64,000 nucleotides of DNA. Origin: Verrucomicrobiota bacterium (GTDB taxonomy: Bacteria > Verrucomicrobiota > Verrucomicrobiia > Limisphaerales > UBA1412). Positions 43,328 through 52,319 of this stretch are shown here, in pieces. Under the pieces are notes generated by a model. The model saw only the letters and a program-made list of their open reading frames with translations, was not told the DNA's origin and searched no databases. The stretch is taken from contig JALNXY010000002.1 in the NCBI GenBank assembly GCA_023230105.1, positions 129,181 to 193,180 on the forward strand, given 5' to 3'. Both the position numbers and the translations under genes were made by a program. The first letter of the stretch is position 1. Every line of letters begins with the position of its first letter.

Positions 43328-43373
43328 TGATTCAAAGAGAGTCTCAACTCTCTTTTCGTTGATTCAGGAGCAA

Positions 43374-44411
43374 TTAGTCTTGAGCTCCGAGACCATCTTC
43401 AAAGCAGCCTTCAGCCATCGGGAAGCACAGGTCTTTGGAAACGTATTGGATTCCGTTGGCGCTGGTGGCGTCACCATCGCGGTAGGCGCTTTCAGCTTCC
43501 ACAACGAGCGGAGCCGTTGCCGTACCCATCACCTGGCAGTAACGCTTGGCATAACCGATTTTCTCCATCAGCTCGGCATAGCGGACCATATTGAGATCGC
43601 CCGTGGGCAGATCAGTGAACTGCATGGCGCGCTTCTTCCAATCGGCTTCCATGCTGCGCAGGGGCAATCCCTTGTGAACGACATGGTTCTTCACATGGCA
43701 TCCGATCACGCGGCTACCCACTTTGGTGAAACGGGTTTCCCAATCCTCACCTTCCCAGCAATGAGAAGGATCCGCATTCACGGTCAGACATTTGTCTCCG
43801 TCGCAGATATCCACCAGCATATTGAAATCATCGGCGCAGCAGGCCGCGGTTCCCGGGTGAATTTCGTGAGCCAGGTAAATACCGCGCTCATTGGCATATT
43901 TGCGGACGGCAGCGCTCTGCTTGATGAAACGCTCCTGACCTTCCTTCACTAAATCATAACCGGCCTTGAAGAAGCCCCAGGGATACCCTGTCGCCAATTC
44001 CCAACCAAAAGAGACACCCCAGAACATCGGCATGACGAACACTTTCAGCTCGGCGGCCAGGTCCATCAGTTTCATGAGGTATTCTTCGGCCCAGCGCTCG
44101 ATTTCGGGAGCGGATTTCTTACCCACTTCGCTGGAGAGGAAGGGCAGCATCGTCTTGGAACCGGTCCAGGCGGTGCCCAATACCCACGTTACGCAATGGC
44201 AGCTGATACCGTCAAACTTCAGACCGTACTTCGCAAAAGCGGCTTTGACTTCGGCAGCGCTCTTGAAACCGCCTTTGCCGTCTTCAAGCATGTAGCAGGT
44301 CGGCTGTGCGCCGGCTGCTCCGGATTGCTTCGCAAAAGCCAGAAAACCATCTAATCCCTTGGGTCCATGTTGACCCCCTTCGATACTTGAGTGAAAAATA
44401 GCTTTACCCAT
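43374..44411 (-). CDS. Xylose-isomerase-like TIM-barrel protein (sugar phosphate isomerase/epimerase family)
   Basis: 345 aa, no signal peptide. Family-typical HEIHPGT, NADPSH and GCHVKN motifs. Forms an apparent operon with the upstream oxidoreductase. Confidence 0.75.
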   Translation of the reverse strand: MGKAIFHSSIEGGQHGPKGLDGFLAFAKQSGAAGAQPTCYMLEDGKGGFKSAAEVKAAFAKYGLKFDGISCHCVTWVLGTAWTGSKTMLPFLSSEVGKKSAPEIERWAEEYLMKLMDLAAELKVFVMPMFWGVSFGWELATGYPWGFFKAGYDLVKEGQERFIKQSAAVRKYANERGIYLAHEIHPGTAACCADDFNMLVDICDGDKCLTVNADPSHCWEGEDWETRFTKVGSRVIGCHVKNHVVHKGLPLRSMEADWKKRAMQFTDLPTGDLNMVRYAELMEKIGYAKRYCQVMGTATAPLVVEAESAYRDGDATSANGIQYVSKDLCFPMAEGCFEDGLGAQD

Positions 44412-44602
44412 AATCTTTTATTTATTCAATACTCTTTCTGACACTCTCCGCTCGGGATGACCACACCCGTGAGAAAATCTTTCTCCTCCGGGCGCCCCAC
44501 TGCGAGCCGGGTTTGTTCCCCTTTTTCTACCTTTTTTTAAGGGCAAAAGCAAACTAAAACTCCAAACTTTTTCATGCCGGATTTTCCCCTTGCCGCCAAC
44601 AG

Positions 44603-44636
44603 AAAAACGGCCGTCTCAAGTGAAACGACCGTTTTC
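44603..44636 (-). terminator. Hairpin with U-tract between the oxidoreductase and the TIM-barrel gene
   Basis: AACGGTCGT/ACGGCCGTT 9-bp stem (one G-U) then TTTTCT on the minus strand, about 45 nt after the oxidoreductase stop. About 190 nt of leader follows before the next start. Confidence 0.55.
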
Positions 44637-44680
44637 GAATTTTTAGCCTTTAGCCGGTAAATCCGGCTGCGATGCTGATA

Positions 44681-45961
44681 TTAGGACAGCTCGTAGGTAT
44701 TGGGTACCGGGGCTTTCCAGGGCTTGATCGGAGTATTCAGGTCAACCAGATTCTCGGGCATCAGGTTCTGCTCGCCTTCGATCACATCTTCCCAGGAGGT
44801 CTTGCGGCCCGAGTAAGCGGATTCACGGCCCATGATGGCGGTGATGCAGGACTCGGCGACCTGTTTGGCTTCATTGACCTTCTTATTCTCGGCAATGGCA
44901 GTCATGAGGTCCATGTGCTCCTGGACATAGGGATTACGGCCCTGGGTGGCGCGCCATACCTTACCGGTCTTGAAGGTAATCGTGCCGGCCGGGTTGGAGG
45001 TACCGTTGGTGCCTACGATAACTTCGCTCACGTTGGAGTCGGTGTTGTCAATCTGACGGCACTGGCTGTACATGCGGCTTCCATCGGCATACTCGTATTC
45101 CACTGCGAAGTGATCCCAGATTTCGCCGGGGCCCTTCAGAGCTTCGCGACCGCCCATAGCATAGGCGCGGACCGGGTGCGTTCCTTTGACCCAGTTGCAG
45201 ACGTCGACGTTATGAACATGCTGCTCGACGATATGATCGCCGCAGAGCCACAGATAGTGGTACCAGTTGCGGAGCTGATTTTCCAGATCGGACTTATTGA
45301 TGTCCCAGGGATTGTTCCAAATGTTGCCCTGATTCCAATAGCAGGCCATGGAGAGAACGTCTCCGATGACGCCATTCTTCAGCTGTTCAACAGTCTCGAC
45401 ATAACCCTGCTGGTGACGGCGCTGGGTACCAGCAACAATCTTCAAACCCTTCTTCTCGGATTCTTCAGCGGCCTTGAGGAAAAGACGAGCCGTGGCAGAA
45501 TCAACGCAGACCGGTTTCTCGGTAAACGTATTCTTGCCCTTTTCAACGGAATAAGCGAAATGCTGAGCGCGGAAACCGGGAGGAGTTGCCAAAATGACGT
45601 AGTTTACTTCAGGATTATCAATAACCTTCTTGAAGTTATCGAATCCGAAACAAGCCTCGATCTTATCGTTCTTGTCAGCGTTGAGGCCTTCTCTTCCTGC
45701 AAAACTTTTGGCTCTCTCTTCAAAAACGTCACCTACGGCAACGACTTTGATATCCTTGATACCATGTTCCTTGGCTCCATTAATCGCATCCCAGGTAGCA
45801 CCCTGTCCACGGCCACCGCATCCGACCAAACCGATACGGACCTTCAGATCCGCCACGGGAGCGGCATGACTGGTGATTACATACGGAGCAACCATCGCAC
45901 CGGCGGCCAGTACGGACGAGCTCTTGATAAACTGACGGCGAGATACTTCCATCTTCTTCAT
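44681..45961 (-). CDS. TAT-exported Gfo/Idh/MocA-family NAD(P)-dependent oxidoreductase
   Basis: Start taken at ATG 45961 (MKKMEVSRRQFIKSSSVLAAGAMVA twin-arginine signal). Rossmann VRIGLVGCGGRG, and the EKP motif (TEKPV) of the family. Confidence 0.85.
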   Translation of the reverse strand: MKKMEVSRRQFIKSSSVLAAGAMVAPYVITSHAAPVADLKVRIGLVGCGGRGQGATWDAINGAKEHGIKDIKVVAVGDVFEERAKSFAGREGLNADKNDKIEACFGFDNFKKVIDNPEVNYVILATPPGFRAQHFAYSVEKGKNTFTEKPVCVDSATARLFLKAAEESEKKGLKIVAGTQRRHQQGYVETVEQLKNGVIGDVLSMACYWNQGNIWNNPWDINKSDLENQLRNWYHYLWLCGDHIVEQHVHNVDVCNWVKGTHPVRAYAMGGREALKGPGEIWDHFAVEYEYADGSRMYSQCRQIDNTDSNVSEVIVGTNGTSNPAGTITFKTGKVWRATQGRNPYVQEHMDLMTAIAENKKVNEAKQVAESCITAIMGRESAYSGRKTSWEDVIEGEQNLMPENLVDLNTPIKPWKAPVPNTYELS

Positions 45962-46169
45962 AATTTCTTTCTTTCTTTCTCTTTTCCGCGCACAAGCTCC
46001 CTCTCTTCTGATCCAAGAAGTCACCATGCGCCTTCAATTTTCAAACGAGGCGATTCTACCAGAAGTCGACCCGGAATCCAGCCTTTTTTTTGCGAAATAA
46101 CGAATTTTAAATCCTCCGCGTTCAAAGCTTGCGAACAACCCTGAAAAATGAGATTCTCCCGGGGCGGAC

Positions 46170-46922
46170 ATGGCATATCCTCCTGCGTATTACTCGAGCT
46201 TGGGGCCGTTCAAGAAATTGTTTCGGCTGGGTCTGCCTATCCTCACCTATCATAAGCTGGGACCGCGCCCCGATAAAGTTCGCATCAAGGGTCTCTATAT
46301 GGGCGAATCCTATTTCAGGAAACAGCTCAAGGTCTTGCGCGAAAACCGGTTCCCTTCTTTAACTCTGGATGACGTGGCTCGGGATACTCTCCCTACGGGC
46401 AGCGGCATCGTTATCACTTTCGACGACGCCTATGAAAACGTCTTCCGCTACGGTCTGCCCCATCTGGTGAATGAAAATTTCTGCGCCATTCAGTTTGTCG
46501 TAGCCGACAGGATCGGCAAATTCAATGAGTGGGATATCGCTGAAGGAGAGGCAGAAGAGCGCCTCATGGATGAAGGGCAAATCCGGGAGTGGCTCCAGGA
46601 AGGACAGATGATCGGCTCACACACCCTTACCCATCCGTTTCTGGGCAAAATCGATGCGGCTCGCGCTCGCGAGGAAATTTACGCCAGCAAAGCGAAACTG
46701 GAGGATAAATTCGGAGTCGCCGTGGATCACTTCTGCTACCCCTATGGGGATTGGTCTCCGGCCGTGGTCGATCACGTCCGCTCAGCCGGTTATAAAACCG
46801 CCTGCACCGTCATGAACGGCATCAATCTGCCCGAGACACCCAAGTTCACCCTGCGCCGATTCACCGCACGCTACCCCAGCCGGAATTTAAAGGCCTGGTG
46901 GTATCGCCTGCGCGGTTTGTAA
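46170..46922 (+). CDS. Polysaccharide deacetylase (NodB homology domain, CE4)
   Basis: 250 aa. ILTYHKL, ITFDDAYENV (TFDD motif), GSHTLTHP (His-His metal motif), FCYPYG. Confidence 0.85.
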   Translation: MAYPPAYYSSLGPFKKLFRLGLPILTYHKLGPRPDKVRIKGLYMGESYFRKQLKVLRENRFPSLTLDDVARDTLPTGSGIVITFDDAYENVFRYGLPHLVNENFCAIQFVVADRIGKFNEWDIAEGEAEERLMDEGQIREWLQEGQMIGSHTLTHPFLGKIDAARAREEIYASKAKLEDKFGVAVDHFCYPYGDWSPAVVDHVRSAGYKTACTVMNGINLPETPKFTLRRFTARYPSRNLKAWWYRLRGL

Positions 46923-46986
46923 TCCTCTTCGGATTTATCGACTGGCGGCACTTATTGATTCAACGCCCGCTCCAGGAATCCAACCC

Positions 46987-48096
46987 TTACCCCTTTGCGG
47001 CATCCGGGGTTTCCTGAGCTTCTCCTTTTTCCTCTTCCGAACTTGTCTTCGAAACAGCCATATTCCTTTCGGCCATCACTGCGGCCAGGAGCTTGTTCCT
47101 CAATTCCTCGTTTGTCGAAACCTCTTTGACACAGGCATCGCGTCCCTGCCCCAGCAGGTTGCCTTCAAACTGCAACCAGGCTCCTCTCTTGGTCACGACC
47201 CCGACCTGAAGCGCCGCATCCAATATGTTGCCCTCCTGGTTGATACCGTGGTTGAAGAGAATATCAAACTCCGCTTCGGCAAAGGGAGGCGCCACCTTGT
47301 TTTTGACCACTTTGACTTTGGTCCGGTTGCCCAACATTCCTCCGGTGGAATCTTTTATGATATCCCGACGTCTGATATCCAGCCGCACGCTGGCGTAAAA
47401 CTTGAGCGCCTTGCCGCCGGGTGTCGTTTCCGGGTTTCCGAACATGACTCCGAGTTTTTCGCGAATCTGGTTCGTGAAGATACAGAGCGTCTTGGATTTA
47501 TTCAGAATCGCCGTGAGTTTGCGCAAAGCCTGGCTCATCAGCCTCGCCTGCATTCCCATCGTCGCCATGCCCATTTCGCCTTCCAACTCCGATTTGGGTA
47601 CCAGGGCCGCCACCGAGTCGATGACCACCACGTCCAAGGCATTGGAGCGGACCAGCGTTTCGCAGATGGTCAAGGCCTCTTCTCCGCTATCGGGCTGTGA
47701 AACCAGAAGTTCATCGAGATTCACTCCCAGTTTTGCCGCGTAGGCTGGGTCCAGAGCATGTTCCGCATCAATAAAAGCCGCGGTTCCTCCCATTTTCTGG
47801 GCATTGGCGATCACATGCAGCATCAGGGTCGTTTTGCCGGAAGATTCCGGTCCGAAAATTTCCACCACGCGTCCCCGGGGCAAGCCGCCCACTCCCAGAG
47901 CTAAATCCAGCGTCAGAGCTCCGGTCGGGATCACGTCGATATTCGCATGGGCTGACTTGTCACCCAGACGCATGATACTCCCCTCACCGTAATGCTTGGT
48001 GATCGTGCTGATCGCTGCCTCCAAATCCTTCTTGCGTGCTGCCTGGATGGATGCCTCGTTTTTAGAATCAATGCTTTTATCTGCTTTTGCTGCCAT
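46987..48096 (-). CDS. recA: Recombinase RecA
   Basis: 369 aa. [59 protein letters not shown]. Confidence 0.97.
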   Translation of the reverse strand: MAAKADKSIDSKNEASIQAARKKDLEAAISTITKHYGEGSIMRLGDKSAHANIDVIPTGALTLDLALGVGGLPRGRVVEIFGPESSGKTTLMLHVIANAQKMGGTAAFIDAEHALDPAYAAKLGVNLDELLVSQPDSGEEALTICETLVRSNALDVVVIDSVAALVPKSELEGEMGMATMGMQARLMSQALRKLTAILNKSKTLCIFTNQIREKLGVMFGNPETTPGGKALKFYASVRLDIRRRDIIKDSTGGMLGNRTKVKVVKNKVAPPFAEAEFDILFNHGINQEGNILDAALQVGVVTKRGAWLQFEGNLLGQGRDACVKEVSTNEELRNKLLAAVMAERNMAVSKTSSEEEKGEAQETPDAAKG

Positions 48097-48258
48097 AGTA
48101 ATTCAAGTCTTCTGACCTGCAGCCATTGTGGGAGCTCAACTTCAAACAGTCAAAAACAAAGTTTCGCCTTCTCCCCTTAATTTTTAAAAATCAGGGAGTT
48201 CCCTCCTGCATCCTGCCCGGGCTTGACCCCGAGCCGTCAAACAGGCTACCATTTGCCC

Positions 48259-48540
48259 ATGGGCGATAGCCAAAATAAAGGCCAGCGCGCCTCGCGGAAG
48301 ATGCTCCTGGGAATCGGCCTTGACTCTGATGGTCATAAGCGGATTACCACCGGTGAGAATTTCAAGCTCATCGGAGGCACCCAGGAAACCCACGAGGAGA
48401 TGACCGAAAAGACTATTAAGATCAACGAAAAGCTCTCCCGCAAAGGCAAAAGCCTTGATGAAGTCAGCCGGGAAGAGTTCGAGGATATTGCTCATTCCGT
48501 GGGGCTTATCTCTTTCAAGAAGAAAAAGGAGACCGAGTAG
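48259..48540 (+). CDS. Small conserved-looking hypothetical protein
   Basis: 93 aa from ATG 48259 (track ORF begins at 48223). MLLGIGLDSDGHKRITTGENFKLIGGTQETHEEMTEKTIKINEKL. No family assigned. Confidence 0.45.
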   Translation: MGDSQNKGQRASRKMLLGIGLDSDGHKRITTGENFKLIGGTQETHEEMTEKTIKINEKLSRKGKSLDEVSREEFEDIAHSVGLISFKKKKETE

Positions 48541-48700
48541 GGCCCAGCCATTCAGTCGACGTCTCTCACCTTCCGGGAGAACCTTTCCGTAATAATTCTT
48601 GAGCATTCTGCTGGAGAAGCGTTGCGATTCGAGATATTCTCCTCTGCAGTAAGGGACTCCGTTGCCGGCCTTGGCGGCGGAAGAAAAAGGAAAAAATACG

Positions 48701-50266
48701 ATGAATGTTCCCCACCCGTTTTCAGCTTTACTGATCTTAGCGGCACCGGAAGCCATTTTGATTTTTGCTTCCGTGATTATTTTGTCGATTCATTCCTCCC
48801 GGCGGCTGGATAAGCTTTCTCCTCTGGGCAGCTTTTCCCATCTGCTGGCGCTTTCGGGATGTTTCCTCTCCCTGATTCCGGCCGGATTCTACTATTTTAT
48901 TCTCACCCAGATACCGGGCGGCAAATGGATTGAGCACTCGGGCTATCGGGTTGATGGGACCCTTCTGCTGATAAAAATCGCTCTGGTTTTGCTGGCGGTT
49001 TTCGCTCTGATCCTTTCGCGGGAGGAACAGGCTGATTCCGCTCCGGCCACTGCACCCGAGCAAAATTTCGGCTATGCCGGCTCTCCCGGTTTCATCCTCC
49101 TGAGCACGGCGGCCTTAATGATTTTTTGCAGTTCCGCCAGTCTGGGGACCGCTTTTCTGGGCCTGGAATTTGCCGGGCTATTCTGGGGACTCTCACGTGT
49201 CTGCCGCAGAGGCTCTCAGCCGGAGCCGCCGCCCGCGTCCTCCTTTTTCATTCCCTGGGTATTTTCCTCTTCGCTTATCCTGCTGGGTTATAGCTTCCTC
49301 TACAGCGCGAGCGGCTCCACGGTATTGCGCGAAATTACGCCGCTGATGTTTAGGAACGAACACAAACCGCTCTGGATTCTGGCGCTGGCCATGATCTTTA
49401 CGGGACTGGTTTTCAGATTTGGCTTTCTGCCGCTTCGCCTTTCAAAGCCGCGCCTGGGCAACCGTTTTTCTCCCTCCGTTCTGGCCTTTTACACCGGCGC
49501 CATCCTCTGGGGCTCCTTCTGGATTCTGGGCATTCTCCTGAGCACAGGTTCTTCAACCGTTGCCGGAGCTGATTCACCGCTCGGCACTCCCTTCGTCTGG
49601 AGAATATTTATCGCTCTGGCCGGAGCCTTCCTGATGACTTGGGGAAGCCTGGCGGCACTTTTCCAGAAAAGCCTCTGCAGACTGACGCTCTACCTGGCTC
49701 TGGTTCAGATAGGTTTCTTCACGATCGGACTCTCTTTCACCGATTTGCAGACACTGCCCACACTCGCCTTATACGGTCTCTTTCATGCCGTTTCACTCAT
49801 GGGAATCTGCGCTTTTTCCTCAATTCTGATCCGTGCCGCAGGCAGCGACCGGATAGAATCGCTTCAATCTCTGGGACGGAATCGACCACTGCTGGGGTTC
49901 TGCCTGGTCATTTTCCTCTTATCCTGGCTGGGACTCCCTCCGCTTGCGGGTTTCTGGATTAAACTCAAAATCTTCACGCTTCTTTTCAAGCTTTCCGCTC
50001 CGGGGCTGCTCCTTCCGCTCTTCCTTACCGCAGCCGCGCTCTGGGCCACGCTTCTGACCCTCTGGCCGATCTATAAAGTTCTGAAGAGACTCTACCGTGC
50101 CCCAGACTCCACCCCGGAGGAAGCTTTCCGGCCGCTCTCTTTTCAACCGCAGACCGCCACGCAGGCAGTCATTATCCTTTTGGCGCTCATCACGCTTGCG
50201 GGCAGCCTCTGGGGAGCTTACACCCTGAATCAGAATCTCTTTCCCTTAACTTATTTGAAGCCTTAA
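48701..50266 (+). CDS. Orphan NuoN/MrpD-like (proton-antiporter-like) polytopic membrane protein, apparently degenerate
   Basis: About 521 aa from ATG 48701. About 13-14 TM with the NuoN order of blocks (LGTAFLGLEFAGLFWGL ~ LYLGLELLSLPLY; ALFQKSLCRLTLYLALVQIGF ~ ALAQTNLKRLLAYSSIAHLGY; LSWLGLPPLAGFWIK ~ LSLAGIPPTAGFFGK). No other nuo or mrp genes nearby. Confidence 0.55.
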   Translation: MNVPHPFSALLILAAPEAILIFASVIILSIHSSRRLDKLSPLGSFSHLLALSGCFLSLIPAGFYYFILTQIPGGKWIEHSGYRVDGTLLLIKIALVLLAVFALILSREEQADSAPATAPEQNFGYAGSPGFILLSTAALMIFCSSASLGTAFLGLEFAGLFWGLSRVCRRGSQPEPPPASSFFIPWVFSSSLILLGYSFLYSASGSTVLREITPLMFRNEHKPLWILALAMIFTGLVFRFGFLPLRLSKPRLGNRFSPSVLAFYTGAILWGSFWILGILLSTGSSTVAGADSPLGTPFVWRIFIALAGAFLMTWGSLAALFQKSLCRLTLYLALVQIGFFTIGLSFTDLQTLPTLALYGLFHAVSLMGICAFSSILIRAAGSDRIESLQSLGRNRPLLGFCLVIFLLSWLGLPPLAGFWIKLKIFTLLFKLSAPGLLLPLFLTAAALWATLLTLWPIYKVLKRLYRAPDSTPEEAFRPLSFQPQTATQAVIILLALITLAGSLWGAYTLNQNLFPLTYLKP

Positions 50267-50284
50267 CGACCCCTGCAACAGGAT

Positions 50285-51055
50285 ATGTTGAGCAATAAGA
50301 CGATATCAAAGACATGGTTAGACGAGCGAAAACTTGAATCTGAGTCCATTCTCCTGCTCGAAACGCCCGAAGGCCAATCCATCCCCATCCAGGTCAATCG
50401 AAGCCGAAGAGCCCGCCGCCTTTCTCTGCGAATTGTGAAGGGCAGCCCAGTGGCGACCCTGCCCTTGAGGCTTTCGCGCAGTATTTCCTTGCTCAAAGAA
50501 TTCATCCTCTCTCATACCCGGTGGATAGTGAAAGCTCTCTCAGTCCAAAAAACGCTGCCGCCGGAGCCGATTCCCACCCCTTGTCTGCCCGGTTCCTCCA
50601 TTCTGTTTCATGGAAAGTGGCAGCCTTTCAGCTTCCGCTCCCTGAGCAAGACACGCTTGGGCCATGGAGATTATACTCTGGGAGAATCCCTTACCCTCAC
50701 CCTACCGATTGACCTCAAGGATTACAGGTCCGCCGTCGAGGAGGCACTCAAGAACGAGGCTCGCCGTCAGATTCCGCCACTCCTGGAGAATCTGGCCCGC
50801 CGAATGAATATTGAGTACAACCGCCTCACCCTGCGCTCTCAGAAGTCCAAATGGGGTTCCTGCTCCCAAAAGAGGAACATTTCGATCAATTGGAAAATTA
50901 TCCACGCTCCGCTCTGGGTCCAGGAGTACCTCCTGATCCATGAGCTGTCCCATTTAAAGCAGATGAATCACTCAGCCAAATTCTGGGCCGTCGTCTCGTC
51001 CTGGTGCCCCCGATATAAAGAGGCCCGCAAATGGTTCAACGAACATCCGCTCTAA
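50285..51055 (+). CDS. YgjP-like (DUF45/M48-related) metal-dependent hydrolase
   Basis: 256 aa. SKWGSCSQKRNISINWKIIHAPLWVQEYLLIHELSHLKQMNHSAKFW contains the family HExxH. Confidence 0.8.
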   Translation: MLSNKTISKTWLDERKLESESILLLETPEGQSIPIQVNRSRRARRLSLRIVKGSPVATLPLRLSRSISLLKEFILSHTRWIVKALSVQKTLPPEPIPTPCLPGSSILFHGKWQPFSFRSLSKTRLGHGDYTLGESLTLTLPIDLKDYRSAVEEALKNEARRQIPPLLENLARRMNIEYNRLTLRSQKSKWGSCSQKRNISINWKIIHAPLWVQEYLLIHELSHLKQMNHSAKFWAVVSSWCPRYKEARKWFNEHPL

Positions 51056-51221
51056 AACTCTTTTGCTTCTGCCCCTCCTAACATGCCTTTGCAGTAGAAC
51101 TTTTCAAAGAAAAGTGTCGCCCACGGCCCTCTGAAAGGGCTATCCTCCCGATAGCGCTTGCGCCGAGGGCTCATCCTGAAACCGGCCCAAGCCGAGTAAG
51201 CCATTTAATAATCAGAAACAC

Positions 51222-52319
51222 ATGCAATTTATTGATCTTCAATCCCAGTATCACCGCATCAGCGCTTCCATCAAAAGCCGCATCGAAAAAGTGCTGGATC
51301 ACGGCCAATATATTATGGGGCCGGAGGTGAAAGAACTGGAAGCGACCCTGGCAACCTATGTCGGCAGCAAGTATTGTGTCTCCACTGGTTCAGGCACGGT
51401 CTCGCTGGATATGGCGCTCCGGGCTCTGGGTATCGGCCCCGGCGATGAAGTTATTACGGTCCCCTACTCCTTTTTTGCAACGGCAGAAGTCATCGCCATC
51501 GTGGGGGCCAAACCCGTTTTTGTCGATATTCGCCCCGACACCTTTTGCATGGATGAGGACCGGATTGAGGCGGCCATTACCTCACGCACCCGGGCGATCA
51601 TGCCCGTGAGCCTCTACGGGCAAATGCCCGATATGAAGAAGATCAACCAGATTGCAGCCCGCCATCAACTGCCGGTCATTGAAGATGCGGCCCAAAGCTT
51701 TGGCGCACGCCAGAACGGCGTCCACAGCTGCGGGGCTACCACCATCGCCAGCACCAGTTTCTATCCGGCAAAGCCCCTGGGCGGTTATGGCGAGGGCGGC
51801 GCCCTCTTCACCAATGATGAGGAGCTTTATCAGAAATTCATCATGCTGCGTAATCACGGCAGCCCGAAGCGCGATGAACATCTTCTGCTCGGGATGAATG
51901 CACGGCTTGATTCCCTTCAGGCAGCGATCCTTCTCGCGAAAATGGAAATCTTTGAAGACGAAATCCTCCTCCGTAACCGAATCGCTGATTTTTATACCCG
52001 CCACCTGAGCACTGTCTGCACGACACCGGCGACCACTCCGGGCAATACCCACGTCTATGCGCAGTACTCTATCCGGCATCCCAAGCGCGATCAGCTCCAG
52101 TCGCTCCTGGCCAAGGAAGGAATCCCGACCGTGACGCACTACTCCCGCTGTATGCATGAGCAGCCGGCACTGGCGATGCTGGGCCATAAGACGGATGATT
52201 TCCCGGTGGCGCTGGCCTCTTCGCGTCAGGTACTCTGTCTGCCGATGTCTCCGTACTTATCAGAAGCCGATCAGGAGAAGATTGTTTATTCGATTCAGCG
52301 ACTGGCAAAAAGTCTATGA
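51222..52319 (+). CDS. DegT/DnrJ/EryC1/StrS-family PLP-dependent sugar aminotransferase
   Basis: 365 aa. IMGPEVKELE, GSGTVSLDMALRALG, IEDAAQSFGA, SFYPAKPLG (PLP Lys). Confidence 0.88.
   Translation: MQFIDLQSQYHRISASIKSRIEKVLDHGQYIMGPEVKELEATLATYVGSKYCVSTGSGTVSLDMALRALGIGPGDEVITVPYSFFATAEVIAIVGAKPVFVDIRPDTFCMDEDRIEAAITSRTRAIMPVSLYGQMPDMKKINQIAARHQLPVIEDAAQSFGARQNGVHSCGATTIASTSFYPAKPLGGYGEGGALFTNDEELYQKFIMLRNHGSPKRDEHLLLGMNARLDSLQAAILLAKMEIFEDEILLRNRIADFYTRHLSTVCTTPATTPGNTHVYAQYSIRHPKRDQLQSLLAKEGIPTVTHYSRCMHEQPALAMLGHKTDDFPVALASSRQVLCLPMSPYLSEADQEKIVYSIQRLAKSL

Noticed and set aside
42534-43373. Genomic island integrated at tRNA-Tyr
   Set aside because: No integrase, no att-like direct repeat of the tRNA 3' end, and only one gene. 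It is kept as a low-interest compositional observation, not called a mobile element.
44672-46144. 490-aa plus-strand ORF
   Set aside because: Antisense to the TAT-exported Gfo/Idh/MocA oxidoreductase.
48184-48756. 190-aa minus-strand ORF overlapping the small hypothetical gene and the start of the NuoN-like gene
   Set aside because: No motifs. It overlaps two co-oriented plus-strand ORFs, and the plus-strand arrangement is more parsimonious. Confidence in the 93-aa plus-strand gene is itself only moderate.
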